A DNA stretch of 64,000 nt from Candidatus Gottesmanbacteria bacterium (GCA_963790805.1 CAWBPL010000002.1:384696-448695); one strand, 5' to 3'; counted from the first letter of the stretch, positions 8,490 through 17,439 are shown. The notes: generated by a model not told the origin, from the letters alone. Translations and numbers: made by a program.

Positions 8490-9470
8490 CTAAAATAAAT
8501 GGGTATCCGTTAATACGGTTCCGGCGCTTGGTTTATTCAGCAACACGGATTGTACACCCGAACACGCTTTCAGCGCATCCGCTACCCGCATCGCATTGTT
8601 CGCTTCGCAAATACAATGGACATTGGGTCCAGCGTCAATCGTAAAATACACGGGAATCCCCTGAGTCCGTAAATCCCCAACACATTCAATGCACTTCATC
8701 GTTCCCTGATTCCAATAAAAGAGCGACGGCACCTGCGTCATCATGACCGCATGCATGGAAAGACAATCCGCTTCAATCGCTTCTCCCAATAATCGAATAT
8801 CTTTTGATTGCATCGCATCTCTTACTTGTTGTAACCTGTTTGGAACATCGAGGAATCTCTTTTTCCAAAATGGACTCGTTGTTGCCTTATCCATCCCGTC
8901 GGTACTTGTTACTTCTTTTGATCTCTTCTCGACAATAGCAAGAACATCACACAAATCCCAGTGTGTTGATGGATACAAGGAATAGGCATAAGATTCCTCT
9001 GACGTTCCTCCCGTTTTCCACTCAACAAACCCGTCTGGAATAGAACGACATGCTGATCCGGAACCAATACGCGCCAATACCGTTAATTCTTTTCCGCTGA
9101 GCGATAGTCCTAAAGCTGCGGCGGCAGCAACGGTGAGCGCAGCAAATCCCGATGCAGACGATGCAATCCCTGTTCCTTTTGGAAAGGTATTCGATGTTAC
9201 GATCTTTGCACAAAGAGTGCTTTGCGCAATTCTTCGAATCCGATCAAGATGGGAAATAATGCGATTCACTTCTTGTTCCGAAAATATACCATCCGCTAAA
9301 ACAACACTATCGTGAGCATGTGCTTGAGAAAACTCGACGGTAGTCGTCGTTGTCGTGCCGGATAGATTCATGGAAATAGATGAATTTGCCGGAATTCTTA
9401 AAGCATCATGTATTTTACCCCAATATTTGATAAATGCGATGTTTGCCGGTGCTGTCGCCGTTTTTTTCAT
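8490..9470 (-). CDS. mvaD: Diphosphomevalonate decarboxylase
   Basis: The N-terminus is APANIAFIKYWGK, followed by GHMP-type GTGIASSASGFAAL. It overlaps the upstream gene by 4 nt. Confidence 0.9.
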   Translation of the reverse strand: MKKTATAPANIAFIKYWGKIHDALRIPANSSISMNLSGTTTTTTVEFSQAHAHDSVVLADGIFSEQEVNRIISHLDRIRRIAQSTLCAKIVTSNTFPKGTGIASSASGFAALTVAAAAALGLSLSGKELTVLARIGSGSACRSIPDGFVEWKTGGTSEESYAYSLYPSTHWDLCDVLAIVEKRSKEVTSTDGMDKATTSPFWKKRFLDVPNRLQQVRDAMQSKDIRLLGEAIEADCLSMHAVMMTQVPSLFYWNQGTMKCIECVGDLRTQGIPVYFTIDAGPNVHCICEANNAMRVADALKACSGVQSVLLNKPSAGTVLTDTHLF

Positions 9471-10951
9471 ACCAGTATCCCCGCTTCTTTGAGCGCTACT
9501 TCCGCTCCTTTTGTTAACTGGATTTTTCTGCTCACAACGTCAAACCGAAGTTCCCGGATATCAAAATATTGCACGCTATCGACCTCTTCGGGATGTAGAG
9601 TAAACGGTCCGTCGCTTTGTCCTTTATATATCGCTGCGCGCTCGGTTTCTTTCTCATCCCGTACCATACATGTTTTTAAAAAGGTTAACGGCACATCAAT
9701 ACCCAATTCTTCCGATAATTCACGGTGCACCGCTTCATCATCTGTCTGACCTTTCGTCACGTGGCCGGCGGAGGATATTCCCCATAATCCCGGATCCATG
9801 TCTTTGGTCATACTCCGCTTTTGCAAAAGAAGTCTTCCCGCATGATCAAACAATAATACGCCAACCGTCCGATGGATAAGTGTCGGGTTGTGGTGACATT
9901 CAAAGCGCGTTTTATATCCAACAACCGTATCGCTTTCGTCAACAACAATGAAAAGTTCGTCCTGATTATCGGTAGTCTCAACACGTACGCCCTGCGCATC
10001 GGGAAGAACATCCATCACTTGCCCCCCTGCTTTTTGAATTGCCTCTGCAACAAGCGCACATTTGTCTTTTGCAGCAAGGGCAATCATGCAATCACCGCCG
10101 CCGGCTCCCGAAAGTTTTGCTCCCCATGCACCGGCACCTTTGGCTGCGCTCACGAGTGATTCCAACTTCTCGGAGCTTACTCCTAAATCGCGAAGATAGT
10201 CCTGATTAAAATCCATAAGTCGCCCGACACGCTCCCAGTCTCCTTCCAAAATTCTTGCTTTTGCTTCAACGACAAGTTTTTCTATCGCCTGAAATATCCG
10301 ATCAACTTTTTGGGGGTATGCCTTTCGCTTTTCGGCAACCATCGTTACTAACTGTGCCGTGTCCGCTTTTACTCCCGTATACCCGACAATGAGAGGTATT
10401 GAGGAAATCTTTATTGGTTCTATGACTTTCCCACCGCCAACAAAAACAATTGTTCCCCCCCAGATTGCTGCTGCAACATCAAATCCAGATCCTACACCTT
10501 GAACATCCAAAATAGTTTTATAGGCAATATCAAAAAGCTGTTTTTGAGACAATGGTGTGCAAGTAATCGATGCGAGCGCAAAAAGCACTGCAACGGTTGT
10601 TGCCGATGAAGATCCAAAACCAAAGGTTGAAGAAAAGCCTGCGTGCGTTTCAATACGGATTCCCGACGGAAGCGGATATCGTTCAACAAAATTTCGAACG
10701 GCAAATTCTGCAAACTGCGCCTGTTTGGGAATTTCACCGATCCCAAGATCTTTTATTGGCTTTTTATATCCCTTAATGTGTATGTCCGAAGCTTCCAGTT
10801 GAAAATCTGCTGAATCAATTAGGGAAGCAGATGCATGAATTCTTTGATCAACTGCAGTTACAAGACTCGAGTATCCATAGACAACCGCATGATCCCCCAT
10901 GAGAAGTAATTTTCCCGGAGCACTCACGCTTATGGATTGGTTATTTTTCAT
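9467..10951 (-). CDS. Phosphomevalonate kinase (GHMP) fused to a C-terminal Nudix / type-1 IPP-isomerase-like domain
   Basis: The N-terminal ~330 aa carry APGKLLLMGDHAVVYG, GFGSSSATTVA and QGVGSGFDVAAAIWGG (PMK-like). The C-terminal ~165 aa carry HHNPTLIHRTVGVLLF...LLLQKRS..KD..PGLWGISSAGHV...EAVHRELSEELGI, which aligns with E. coli Idi and the Nudix box. I place the start at ATG 10951, preceded by AAGGGA. The ORF-track GTG at 10972 is also possible. Confidence 0.8.
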   Translation of the reverse strand: MKNNQSISVSAPGKLLLMGDHAVVYGYSSLVTAVDQRIHASASLIDSADFQLEASDIHIKGYKKPIKDLGIGEIPKQAQFAEFAVRNFVERYPLPSGIRIETHAGFSSTFGFGSSSATTVAVLFALASITCTPLSQKQLFDIAYKTILDVQGVGSGFDVAAAIWGGTIVFVGGGKVIEPIKISSIPLIVGYTGVKADTAQLVTMVAEKRKAYPQKVDRIFQAIEKLVVEAKARILEGDWERVGRLMDFNQDYLRDLGVSSEKLESLVSAAKGAGAWGAKLSGAGGGDCMIALAAKDKCALVAEAIQKAGGQVMDVLPDAQGVRVETTDNQDELFIVVDESDTVVGYKTRFECHHNPTLIHRTVGVLLFDHAGRLLLQKRSMTKDMDPGLWGISSAGHVTKGQTDDEAVHRELSEELGIDVPLTFLKTCMVRDEKETERAAIYKGQSDGPFTLHPEEVDSVQYFDIRELRFDVVSRKIQLTKGAEVALKEAGILV

Positions 10952-11897
10952 CAAGTCGTATCCCTTCTTCACCTAATCGAACTGCACCAATACTATAGTT
11001 ATATTGTTTGCATATTTTCTCGATTGCCTGTTTATCACTGTGATAACAAAGTAAAAATCCAACTCCTTTTTCTCTGCCGCCGCCCCCTAAAATCTTTGCC
11101 GCAGCACCCAGCGCTTCAATCTTTCGAATCAAAGGGATTACGGTTTTACTGACCACTCCAAATCCCTCCAGTGTTTTTTCTCCCATCCGCAATGCATCAA
11201 TGAGTTCTTTTTCTTGACCCTCTTTCAACGCTATCGTAATTCGCTTAACCTGAGATTCGTTTTCATTAAGGAGTCGATCCATTTCTAACGGATTTTTTTC
11301 GTACTGTTTTCGCACAAATGCCACCATGTCTCCCGTCGACTCGAGAGGTCGTCCGGTGTTAATGAGGAAAAAATGATTGAGTTGAGCGGGTGGTCGAAAC
11401 GGCAACTGCCAAATACTTTTAAGAAATTCTAATTCCCGGCGATACCAGATAAAGCCTCCCATCGTGACTGCCGTATTGTCGCCGCCGGACGGATTACCAT
11501 GCTGTTTTTTTTCAATCTCATACGCAAGCTCGTTTATCCGGATGGGGTTCCAGATTTTTTTATAAAAATACATGAGTGCTGCGCTTATGCCAACCGCGAG
11601 TGCCGCCGATGAACCCAAATGAAATCCGGCTGGAATGTCGGAATCGATCGTCAACGTAACCGGTTTTGTATGAACAATGTTTAACTGCTTCATGACATAC
11701 AAAACTGCATAGCGAGCATGTTCGATAGATTCCGAAGATTGAATCGTAATATCGCTATTTTTTTTGCCTATCAAAGAGGGTTCGGAAATGCTCACGCGCA
11801 TTCGCATGTCGATAGCCGCAAGAAGAGCCGGCTTACCATACACCACCGCATGTTCACCCATGAGATGCACCTTGCCTGGAACGGAAACGGTAACCAT
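10941..11897 (-). CDS. mvk: Mevalonate kinase
   Basis: Carries VPGKVHLMGEHAVVYGKPALLAAI, GFHLGSSAALAV and KKQHGNPSGGDNTAVTMGG, all mevalonate kinase signature regions. Confidence 0.8.
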   Translation of the reverse strand: MVTVSVPGKVHLMGEHAVVYGKPALLAAIDMRMRVSISEPSLIGKKNSDITIQSSESIEHARYAVLYVMKQLNIVHTKPVTLTIDSDIPAGFHLGSSAALAVGISAALMYFYKKIWNPIRINELAYEIEKKQHGNPSGGDNTAVTMGGFIWYRRELEFLKSIWQLPFRPPAQLNHFFLINTGRPLESTGDMVAFVRKQYEKNPLEMDRLLNENESQVKRITIALKEGQEKELIDALRMGEKTLEGFGVVSKTVIPLIRKIEALGAAAKILGGGGREKGVGFLLCYHSDKQAIEKICKQYNYSIGAVRLGEEGIRLDEK

Positions 11898-11899
11898 AG

Positions 11900-12199
11900 C
11901 TAGACTGGTTTAACTTTTATACCGTACGGAATAACGTCATCAGTTTCTATTTGTATTGTCCGCCGGACAACCGTTACGACACGCTGGCCGATAACAAGAT
12001 TCTTTACATCATAATCCACCATTTGAGCCGCAAGAGATTCGCCGGTATCTAACTTCACAAGTGCAACTGGATAGGGCGCCTGATATCCAAAATCCGCCGG
12101 AGGAAGCCGGATAATGGTCCATGAAACGATCACGCCGGTTTTCCCGACCATTCGGGCGACAAATTTTTGATTTCTCCAAACCTTTACTGGACTGATCAT
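11900..12199 (-). CDS. DUF35-type OB-fold protein (thiolase/HMG-CoA-synthase partner), lacking the Zn ribbon
   Basis: The 99-aa product has an OB-fold-like sequence (GVIVSWTIIRLPP..., ALVKLDTGESLAAQMVD). It sits immediately downstream of the thiolase and HMGS genes, as in the archaeal trio. It contains no Cys residues. Confidence 0.65.
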   Translation of the reverse strand: MISPVKVWRNQKFVARMVGKTGVIVSWTIIRLPPADFGYQAPYPVALVKLDTGESLAAQMVDYDVKNLVIGQRVVTVVRRTIQIETDDVIPYGIKVKPV

Positions 12200-12203
12200 A
12201 TGA

Positions 12204-13358
12204 TTATAGTGTTAATATGTGTACTGTTGCCGTCGCACCGCTTCCTCCGACGTTATGGGCAAGTCCGACTTTTGCACGCGCTACTTGTCTTTTTTGTGCG
12301 CGACCACGCAACTGCTCAACTAATTCTGCAACCTGCTTCACGCCCGTTGCACCTACAGGATGACCGCATCCTTTCAGCCCGCCGGATGGATTAACAACGA
12401 ACCGTTTTGATTTCCCAAGTGTTGTCTCTCCGGCCGCAATTCCTTTTGCGGCTTTCCCTTTCGCATAAAATCCAAGATCTTCCATCGCAAGAATTTCAGC
12501 GATAGAAAAACAATCATGTACTTCCGCAACATCTATATCATTTGGTTCTACTCCCGACAGTTCGTACGCACGCTTTGCTGCACGCTTTGTCGCAGCAAGC
12601 TCAGTTAAACTGCTGCGCTGGGCCAAGCCTAATGTGTCTGTTGCTGTCGCTGACGCAATAATGCGCACGTTTGAATTTGCTGATTCAGTGTATTTTTTGT
12701 TGCTCGTTATGATAAGCGATGCGGCACCGTCAGAAATAGGCGAACAGTCTAAAAGCTTTAACGGGTCGGCAACACATGGACTTTTCATAACCTGTTCGAC
12801 AGAAATGAGCGAGTGAAATTGCGCATTGGGATTTAATGTCGCATGATAATGATTTTTTACAGAAACTGCTGCAAGATCTTCCTCTGTCGTTCCATACGTA
12901 GACATATGAATCCGAGAAAGAAGCGCGTATAGACCCGGAAATGTTGCCCCAGCCAATCGTTCCCCCTCGCTTCCGGCTCCCATAAGGGCGGTGGCCACAT
13001 CTTCAGGTTTATGGTCCGTCATTTTTTCCACTCCCAAAACGGCAACTGTTTGATATTGTCCCGACAATACAGCGTTAACTGCATTGTGAAGCGCTAATCC
13101 ACCTGATGCACAGGCGCCCTCAATTTTAAATGCAGGGACAAAGAGGCCAAGTTCTTCGGCAAAAAATGCTCCCAAATGTTCCTGACCGCCAAGCATGCCT
13201 GAAAGCATATTACCGACAAAGAGTGCTTCAATCTTGCTCGCTTCTATTTTGGCATCCAAAAGAGCGTTACCAACCGCCTGACCGGCCAAAGCGCGCGGAG
13301 ATATACCCCACAGTTCACCAAATTTTGTTGTCGCAGCTCCCAGTACAAAAATATTCAT
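12204..13358 (-). CDS. Acetyl-CoA acetyltransferase (archaeal/SCP-x-type thiolase)
   Basis: Carries GAATTKFGE, the active-site region IEGACASGGLALHNAV and the C-terminal GHPVGATGVKQV...NVGGSGATATV. Confidence 0.9.
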   Translation of the reverse strand: MNIFVLGAATTKFGELWGISPRALAGQAVGNALLDAKIEASKIEALFVGNMLSGMLGGQEHLGAFFAEELGLFVPAFKIEGACASGGLALHNAVNAVLSGQYQTVAVLGVEKMTDHKPEDVATALMGAGSEGERLAGATFPGLYALLSRIHMSTYGTTEEDLAAVSVKNHYHATLNPNAQFHSLISVEQVMKSPCVADPLKLLDCSPISDGAASLIITSNKKYTESANSNVRIIASATATDTLGLAQRSSLTELAATKRAAKRAYELSGVEPNDIDVAEVHDCFSIAEILAMEDLGFYAKGKAAKGIAAGETTLGKSKRFVVNPSGGLKGCGHPVGATGVKQVAELVEQLRGRAQKRQVARAKVGLAHNVGGSGATATVHILTL

Positions 13359-13359
13359 A

Positions 13360-14403
13360 TTAAATTTTATGAGTTTTTTTCAAGTATCCGACGTAATCAA
13401 TATAAACTTTCTTTTCAATTTGTTGACAAACTAATTCACCTTCTTCTTTCCGCTTTTTTTGCAACGGAATCATTTCATCTTGCACTTGCCACAAAAATGC
13501 GTCACTACCAGCTCCTGACCCATAAGAAACCATGAAAATAGTATCTCCTGGTTTCGCCTGATCCAGAGTGGCTGCTAACCCTAAAAGCGAAGCAGCGGAA
13601 TAGGGGTTGCCGATGCGATCAACGATTAAAGACGGCGCCAGCTGGGTGGCAGTAAATCCAAGCCGTTTGGCGGCTTCTCTTGGAAATTTTGCATTGGGCA
13701 TATGAAACACACAATGGGTTACATGATCTGGTGTTATCTTTGCTTTTTCCATCAGACTTTTTGCGGCACCCAACACATGAGCAAAATAGGCCGGTTCTCC
13801 GGTAAACCGTCCTGCGTGGGTAGGATATCGGATGCCATCACGCCGCCAAAAATCCGGCGTATCCGAGGAGTAGGAAGTATAGGACAGAAGCGTCGCAATA
13901 GTATGCATTGACCCTAATAGAAATCCTGCTCCTGCCGACGCCGATGTATACTCGAGCGCATCGTGCGGCTTACTCTGCGCCGTATCTGATCCGATAGCCA
14001 ACCCATAATGAATATGCTCGGATTCAACAAGTCCGGCGATTGCCTGCATGCCTGCTGTTGCCGCTTTACATGCAAACTCGAGATCAACAGCCAGATAATG
14101 ATTACCAATCCCAAGAAGTTCACCAACGATGGTTGACGTTGGATTTACCGCATACGGATGACTTTCTGATCCGACAAACAAAGCTTCAAGATCTGTGGGT
14201 TTACAACCGCTGAATCGAAGTGCGCTCTCACCCGCTTCAAGCGCAATAGTTACTGAATCTTCGTCAATGCCCGGCACAGATTTTTCTTGAATTCCAAGCG
14301 AACTCGCGATTTCTTTTCCATCTTTTCCCCACACTTTCGCTATATCTTCAAGGGTCACCCGATATCGGGGTATGTATGTACCATATGAAACAATTCCCGT
14401 CAT
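13360..14403 (-). CDS. Hydroxymethylglutaryl-CoA synthase (short, archaeal-type)
   Basis: The 347-aa product carries GIVSYGTYIPRYRV, DEDSVTIALEA, the catalytic Cys region DLEFACKAATAG and VSYGSGAGSDAF. Confidence 0.88.
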   Translation of the reverse strand: MTGIVSYGTYIPRYRVTLEDIAKVWGKDGKEIASSLGIQEKSVPGIDEDSVTIALEAGESALRFSGCKPTDLEALFVGSESHPYAVNPTSTIVGELLGIGNHYLAVDLEFACKAATAGMQAIAGLVESEHIHYGLAIGSDTAQSKPHDALEYTSASAGAGFLLGSMHTIATLLSYTSYSSDTPDFWRRDGIRYPTHAGRFTGEPAYFAHVLGAAKSLMEKAKITPDHVTHCVFHMPNAKFPREAAKRLGFTATQLAPSLIVDRIGNPYSAASLLGLAATLDQAKPGDTIFMVSYGSGAGSDAFLWQVQDEMIPLQKKRKEEGELVCQQIEKKVYIDYVGYLKKTHKI

Positions 14404-15575
14404 AGTGCGCCCCCTCTGCCAAGTTGTGCGTGGGCTCGCGCCAGCGTTCCTTCTTCAAGAGATGCAAGAAGTGAAATTTCTCCAGCCAATATCGCTGCGC
14501 CAGCTATTTCAGCAAAAAGACGTGCATTATTGCCGTTATCCCCTCCGGCAACTCCTAACATCGAAAGGGCCTCGTGTTGGGTCGCAAGTCCAGTTCCGCC
14601 TCCAACTGTACCGATCATCAAATCCGGAACGTATACACATACATATAAATCTTCGCCAGACAAAACTTCTGCGGTTGTCACACCCAAACTTCCTTCAACG
14701 ACATGCGCCGGATCCTGACCGGTAGCTAAAAATAATGCCGCGACCACATTGGCAAATTGGGCGTTAAATGCCATGGACCCGCTCATAACACTTCCCAGCA
14801 TACACTTGGCTAACCACACATCGTACATCTTTTGCGCTGTCGTTTTGAGAACTGTAGCAAGCACGGTTTTTGTCAACACAACTTCCGCCCAAACTTTAAT
14901 TCCTCGTTTTCCAAGAACATTGAGCCATGAAGGTTTTTTATCAACACAGTAATTTCCGGAAAGCGCCAAGCACTCAACTCCGGTTTTTTCCTGCATATAC
15001 GAAGCAATCGCTTCTGTCGCTATTGTCACCATGTTAAGTCCCATCGCGTCCTGCGTATCAAAAACAAACCGGACATACCGGTATCTCCCGATTCCTGTTG
15101 AGGAAAACGATGTGAGCGCAAGATGGTGAGATGTTTTGGCGGCGATCGCCTTGAGTTCATCAAACCGCGTATCCAAAAATGTACGAAGCGTTCTGTTTTC
15201 CGCTAGATTTTTCACCCGAAAAACCGGTCCTCGGGTAGCCCCTATTTTGTGGCTATCAACAATCGCTCCGCCGCTTTGCGTAATCGCCTTGCATCCGCGA
15301 TTAATTGACGCCACAAGCGCTCCTTCTGTTGTCGCAAGTGGTATATAATACTCTTTTTCCCTGTGAGCGATGGGGTTTGAAATGTGCGATTGAATCCGTA
15401 AAGGACCGGCAACTCCCACGGGAATCTGAGCTACTCCAATCATATTTTCACAATTTCTGGTTGAAGCGGCTGCTTCATCGAGCGTAAATGAGCCGATATG
15501 AGGCAGCTTAATGTGAAGCTCTTTCTCAAGCATCTCTCGCCGTTTCCCCGCCGATGTTCCTTTGCGTATATTCAT
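14400..15575 (-). CDS. HMG-CoA reductase, class I type
   Basis: Carries ENMIGVAQIPVGVAGPLRI, IPLATTEGALVASINRGCKAI, DAMGLNMV and GTVGGGT. The TTEGxLVAS motif is class I rather than class II. I place the start at ATG 15575 (MNIRKG...), a 4-nt overlap with the upstream stop. The ORF-track start at 15725 adds a Cys/Phe-rich extension inside the neighbouring gene. Confidence 0.9.
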   Translation of the reverse strand: MNIRKGTSAGKRREMLEKELHIKLPHIGSFTLDEAAASTRNCENMIGVAQIPVGVAGPLRIQSHISNPIAHREKEYYIPLATTEGALVASINRGCKAITQSGGAIVDSHKIGATRGPVFRVKNLAENRTLRTFLDTRFDELKAIAAKTSHHLALTSFSSTGIGRYRYVRFVFDTQDAMGLNMVTIATEAIASYMQEKTGVECLALSGNYCVDKKPSWLNVLGKRGIKVWAEVVLTKTVLATVLKTTAQKMYDVWLAKCMLGSVMSGSMAFNAQFANVVAALFLATGQDPAHVVEGSLGVTTAEVLSGEDLYVCVYVPDLMIGTVGGGTGLATQHEALSMLGVAGGDNGNNARLFAEIAGAAILAGEISLLASLEEGTLARAHAQLGRGGAL

Positions 15576-16189
15576 ATAAACGGTATACGAAAAATTCCCA
15601 ACCGATACATGCCGACAGTATAGAATCCTAAAATCGGCAACACGATGGCTGACAAAAGCACAATTTTCACAAGGTCCATTCGAAAAGCAAAACGCAATGT
15701 GAGATACGAAAGAATGACTTTCCAAAATAAAAGAATTGCGGAAACGATAAGATACACGATGCTAAACGCCACCCCGAAAAATCTTGTCGTTCTGGGCGGC
15801 GGCAATATGATGTAAAGAAGAAGTGTTATCCAAAACCAGAGAAGCGTTGGAATCATGCTGTATCCCCAACCGACGATAAGTCCCCGAAGATTTGTGGTGG
15901 CCCGCAATAACCGCCCGACCCCCCAGAAAAGCGAAACAGCCAATATTAACGTTAATCCTGTGGCTGATGCAAGCGTTATAAATTGCCGTGACAATAAAAA
16001 CGGTTCGAAAAGCGATTGTTTAACCAATGAAACGGTAAGCAAATAACACAGTATTAAAGCGACAACAAACGCGAATTCTCCTATATTTCCATGTTCAACT
16101 ATCCGTCGGCATGTTTCATAGGGCCTCGTGACAATGCCCACAAGATTCCGTCCAAACGATACACCAACCGTTGTAATCGAATTTGACAT
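15572..16189 (-). CDS. Polytopic membrane protein (Yip1-like, tentative)
   Basis: It has about five hydrophobic helices after a short soluble N-terminus (MSNSITTVGVSFGRNLVGIVTRPYETCRRI). I choose the start at 16189 to avoid overlapping the upstream small gene. Function unknown. Confidence 0.45.
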   Translation of the reverse strand: MSNSITTVGVSFGRNLVGIVTRPYETCRRIVEHGNIGEFAFVVALILCYLLTVSLVKQSLFEPFLLSRQFITLASATGLTLILAVSLFWGVGRLLRATTNLRGLIVGWGYSMIPTLLWFWITLLLYIILPPPRTTRFFGVAFSIVYLIVSAILLFWKVILSYLTLRFAFRMDLVKIVLLSAIVLPILGFYTVGMYRLGIFRIPFI

Positions 16190-16239
16190 AAACAAAACGG
16201 GCCATTTAAGGCCTATATATAATACGTCGAAGAAATCGG

Positions 16240-16470
16240 CTAAAACCCGCGCTGGAGGATGCTCACAATGAGTGTTATCGTAGAGCCAATAAGTATATAT
16301 AAAGCCAGAACAAAGAGAATTCCCGATAAAACCAGAGCCGGCCACGGCATAACTTTAAGCCGTTTGACTGCTCGTTTATATATCGGCGTTAGAGGTCCAA
16401 CGGTCTGAGGTGGAACTTCGGTCACTTCTTCCCACCGCTTCACAAATTTTGTATAAATCGTATCTGCCAT
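16240..16470 (-). CDS. Small single-pass membrane protein, candidate anti-sigma factor
   Basis: The 76-aa product has one TM helix and lies 8 nt downstream of the ECF sigma gene. The call is by position only. Confidence 0.4.
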   Translation of the reverse strand: MADTIYTKFVKRWEEVTEVPPQTVGPLTPIYKRAVKRLKVMPWPALVLSGILFVLALYILIGSTITLIVSILQRGF

Positions 16471-16478
16471 ACAATAAT

Positions 16479-17030
16479 TTAAATTGATAAAAATATCTCG
16501 ACAAACGCTTTTCTTGCCCGAAATAACTGTGATTCCACGCTTTTTAAAGAAACCGCAAATTTTTTCGCGATTTCCGCAACAGACAGGTTTTCTTCGTATT
16601 TGTAGACAATGAGCTTCCGATAGTGAGGCAATATTCGAGCCAGCACGTTATGAATTTTTTCTTTCAACATGGTTGTATCAAGCTCTTCCTCAGGGTTTAA
16701 TATCGGTGAAACCAGCATTTCAAGATTGGGCGTTTGCGAAAAAACTATGTGCCGAAGTTTTCGTCTCCTGTAAAAATCGATAATTTTGTGGTGACAAATC
16801 GAAAAAAGAAACGTTGAAAGACTGGAATTTCCCTGAAAATCACGGATCGCTTCCAAAAATCCGTAAAGCGTATCTTGTAGTATCTCTTCCGCGTCGGCGG
16901 GATTATCGATACGGGCACGGATAAAAGCCGTAAGTCTGGGGGTGTAGCGGCGATAAAAAAGCGAAAGCGCCTGTCGATCACGGGAGAGAATCTGACCAAT
17001 AAGCTTGCTGTCATCGGTGTTTTGTCGCAT
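16479..17030 (-). CDS. ECF-type RNA polymerase sigma-70 family factor
   Basis: Region 2 reads LSLFYRRYTPRLTAFIRARI...AEEILQDTLYGFLEAI. Region 4 reads YRKLIVYKYEENLSVAEIAKKFAVSLKSVESQLFRARKAF. Confidence 0.85.
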   Translation of the reverse strand: MRQNTDDSKLIGQILSRDRQALSLFYRRYTPRLTAFIRARIDNPADAEEILQDTLYGFLEAIRDFQGNSSLSTFLFSICHHKIIDFYRRRKLRHIVFSQTPNLEMLVSPILNPEEELDTTMLKEKIHNVLARILPHYRKLIVYKYEENLSVAEIAKKFAVSLKSVESQLFRARKAFVEIFLSI

Positions 17031-17082
17031 ACCGGTAGCATACTATAACACACGATCGCCCTGTGAGACAAATACAGATGGA

Positions 17083-17111
17083 TTGACAGGAAGCGCCTCA
17101 TTACCTACACT
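17083..17111 (+). promoter_or_regulatory. Candidate sigma-70-like promoter for the pilin operon
   Basis: TTGACA (17083-17088), a 17-nt spacer, then TACACT (17106-17111). The ATG is at 17118 with no SD in between, so the transcript could be leaderless. This is pattern match only. Confidence 0.3.
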
Positions 17112-17117
17112 AAAAAT

Positions 17118-17438
17118 ATGAAACAGGTCTTCGCGCAAGTAGATATCGGAACCTATTTTCAACCGGCACAGCACTTTACGACACTGGGAAGTCTGGTTTC
17201 AGTGATCATGCCCAATGCATTTATTTTAGCCGGTATTATCGCCTTTGTTTTGTTAGTTTTCGGCGGATTTGGTATCATAGTAGGCGCAGGATCCGGTGAT
17301 CCGAAAAAAATAGAACAGGGAAAAAAGGCAATCACGGGGGCAGCGATTGGACTTATTATCATCGTTGCATCCGTCTGGATCATACAAATTATTGAGACAA
17401 TAACAGGAATGAACGGCAAACTCCTGCCATTACACTAA
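17118..17438 (+). CDS. VirB2/TrbC-like T4SS pilin-family protein
   Basis: N-terminus MKQVFAQ..., two TM helices flanking GGFGIIVGAGSGDPKKIEQGKKAITGAAIGLIIIV. Confidence 0.7.
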   Translation: MKQVFAQVDIGTYFQPAQHFTTLGSLVSVIMPNAFILAGIIAFVLLVFGGFGIIVGAGSGDPKKIEQGKKAITGAAIGLIIIVASVWIIQIIETITGMNGKLLPLH

Positions 17439-17439
17439 T

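Noticed and set aside
14400-15725. N-terminal extensions proposed by the ORF track for HMGR (start 15725), DnaA (38414), two pilin genes (7323, 17993) and the membrane protein (16345)
   Set aside because: The extensions overlap the preceding genes or the DnaA boxes, and they add Cys/Phe-rich sequence unlike the protein families. Internal ATGs give 1-4 nt junctions typical of this operon-dense genome.
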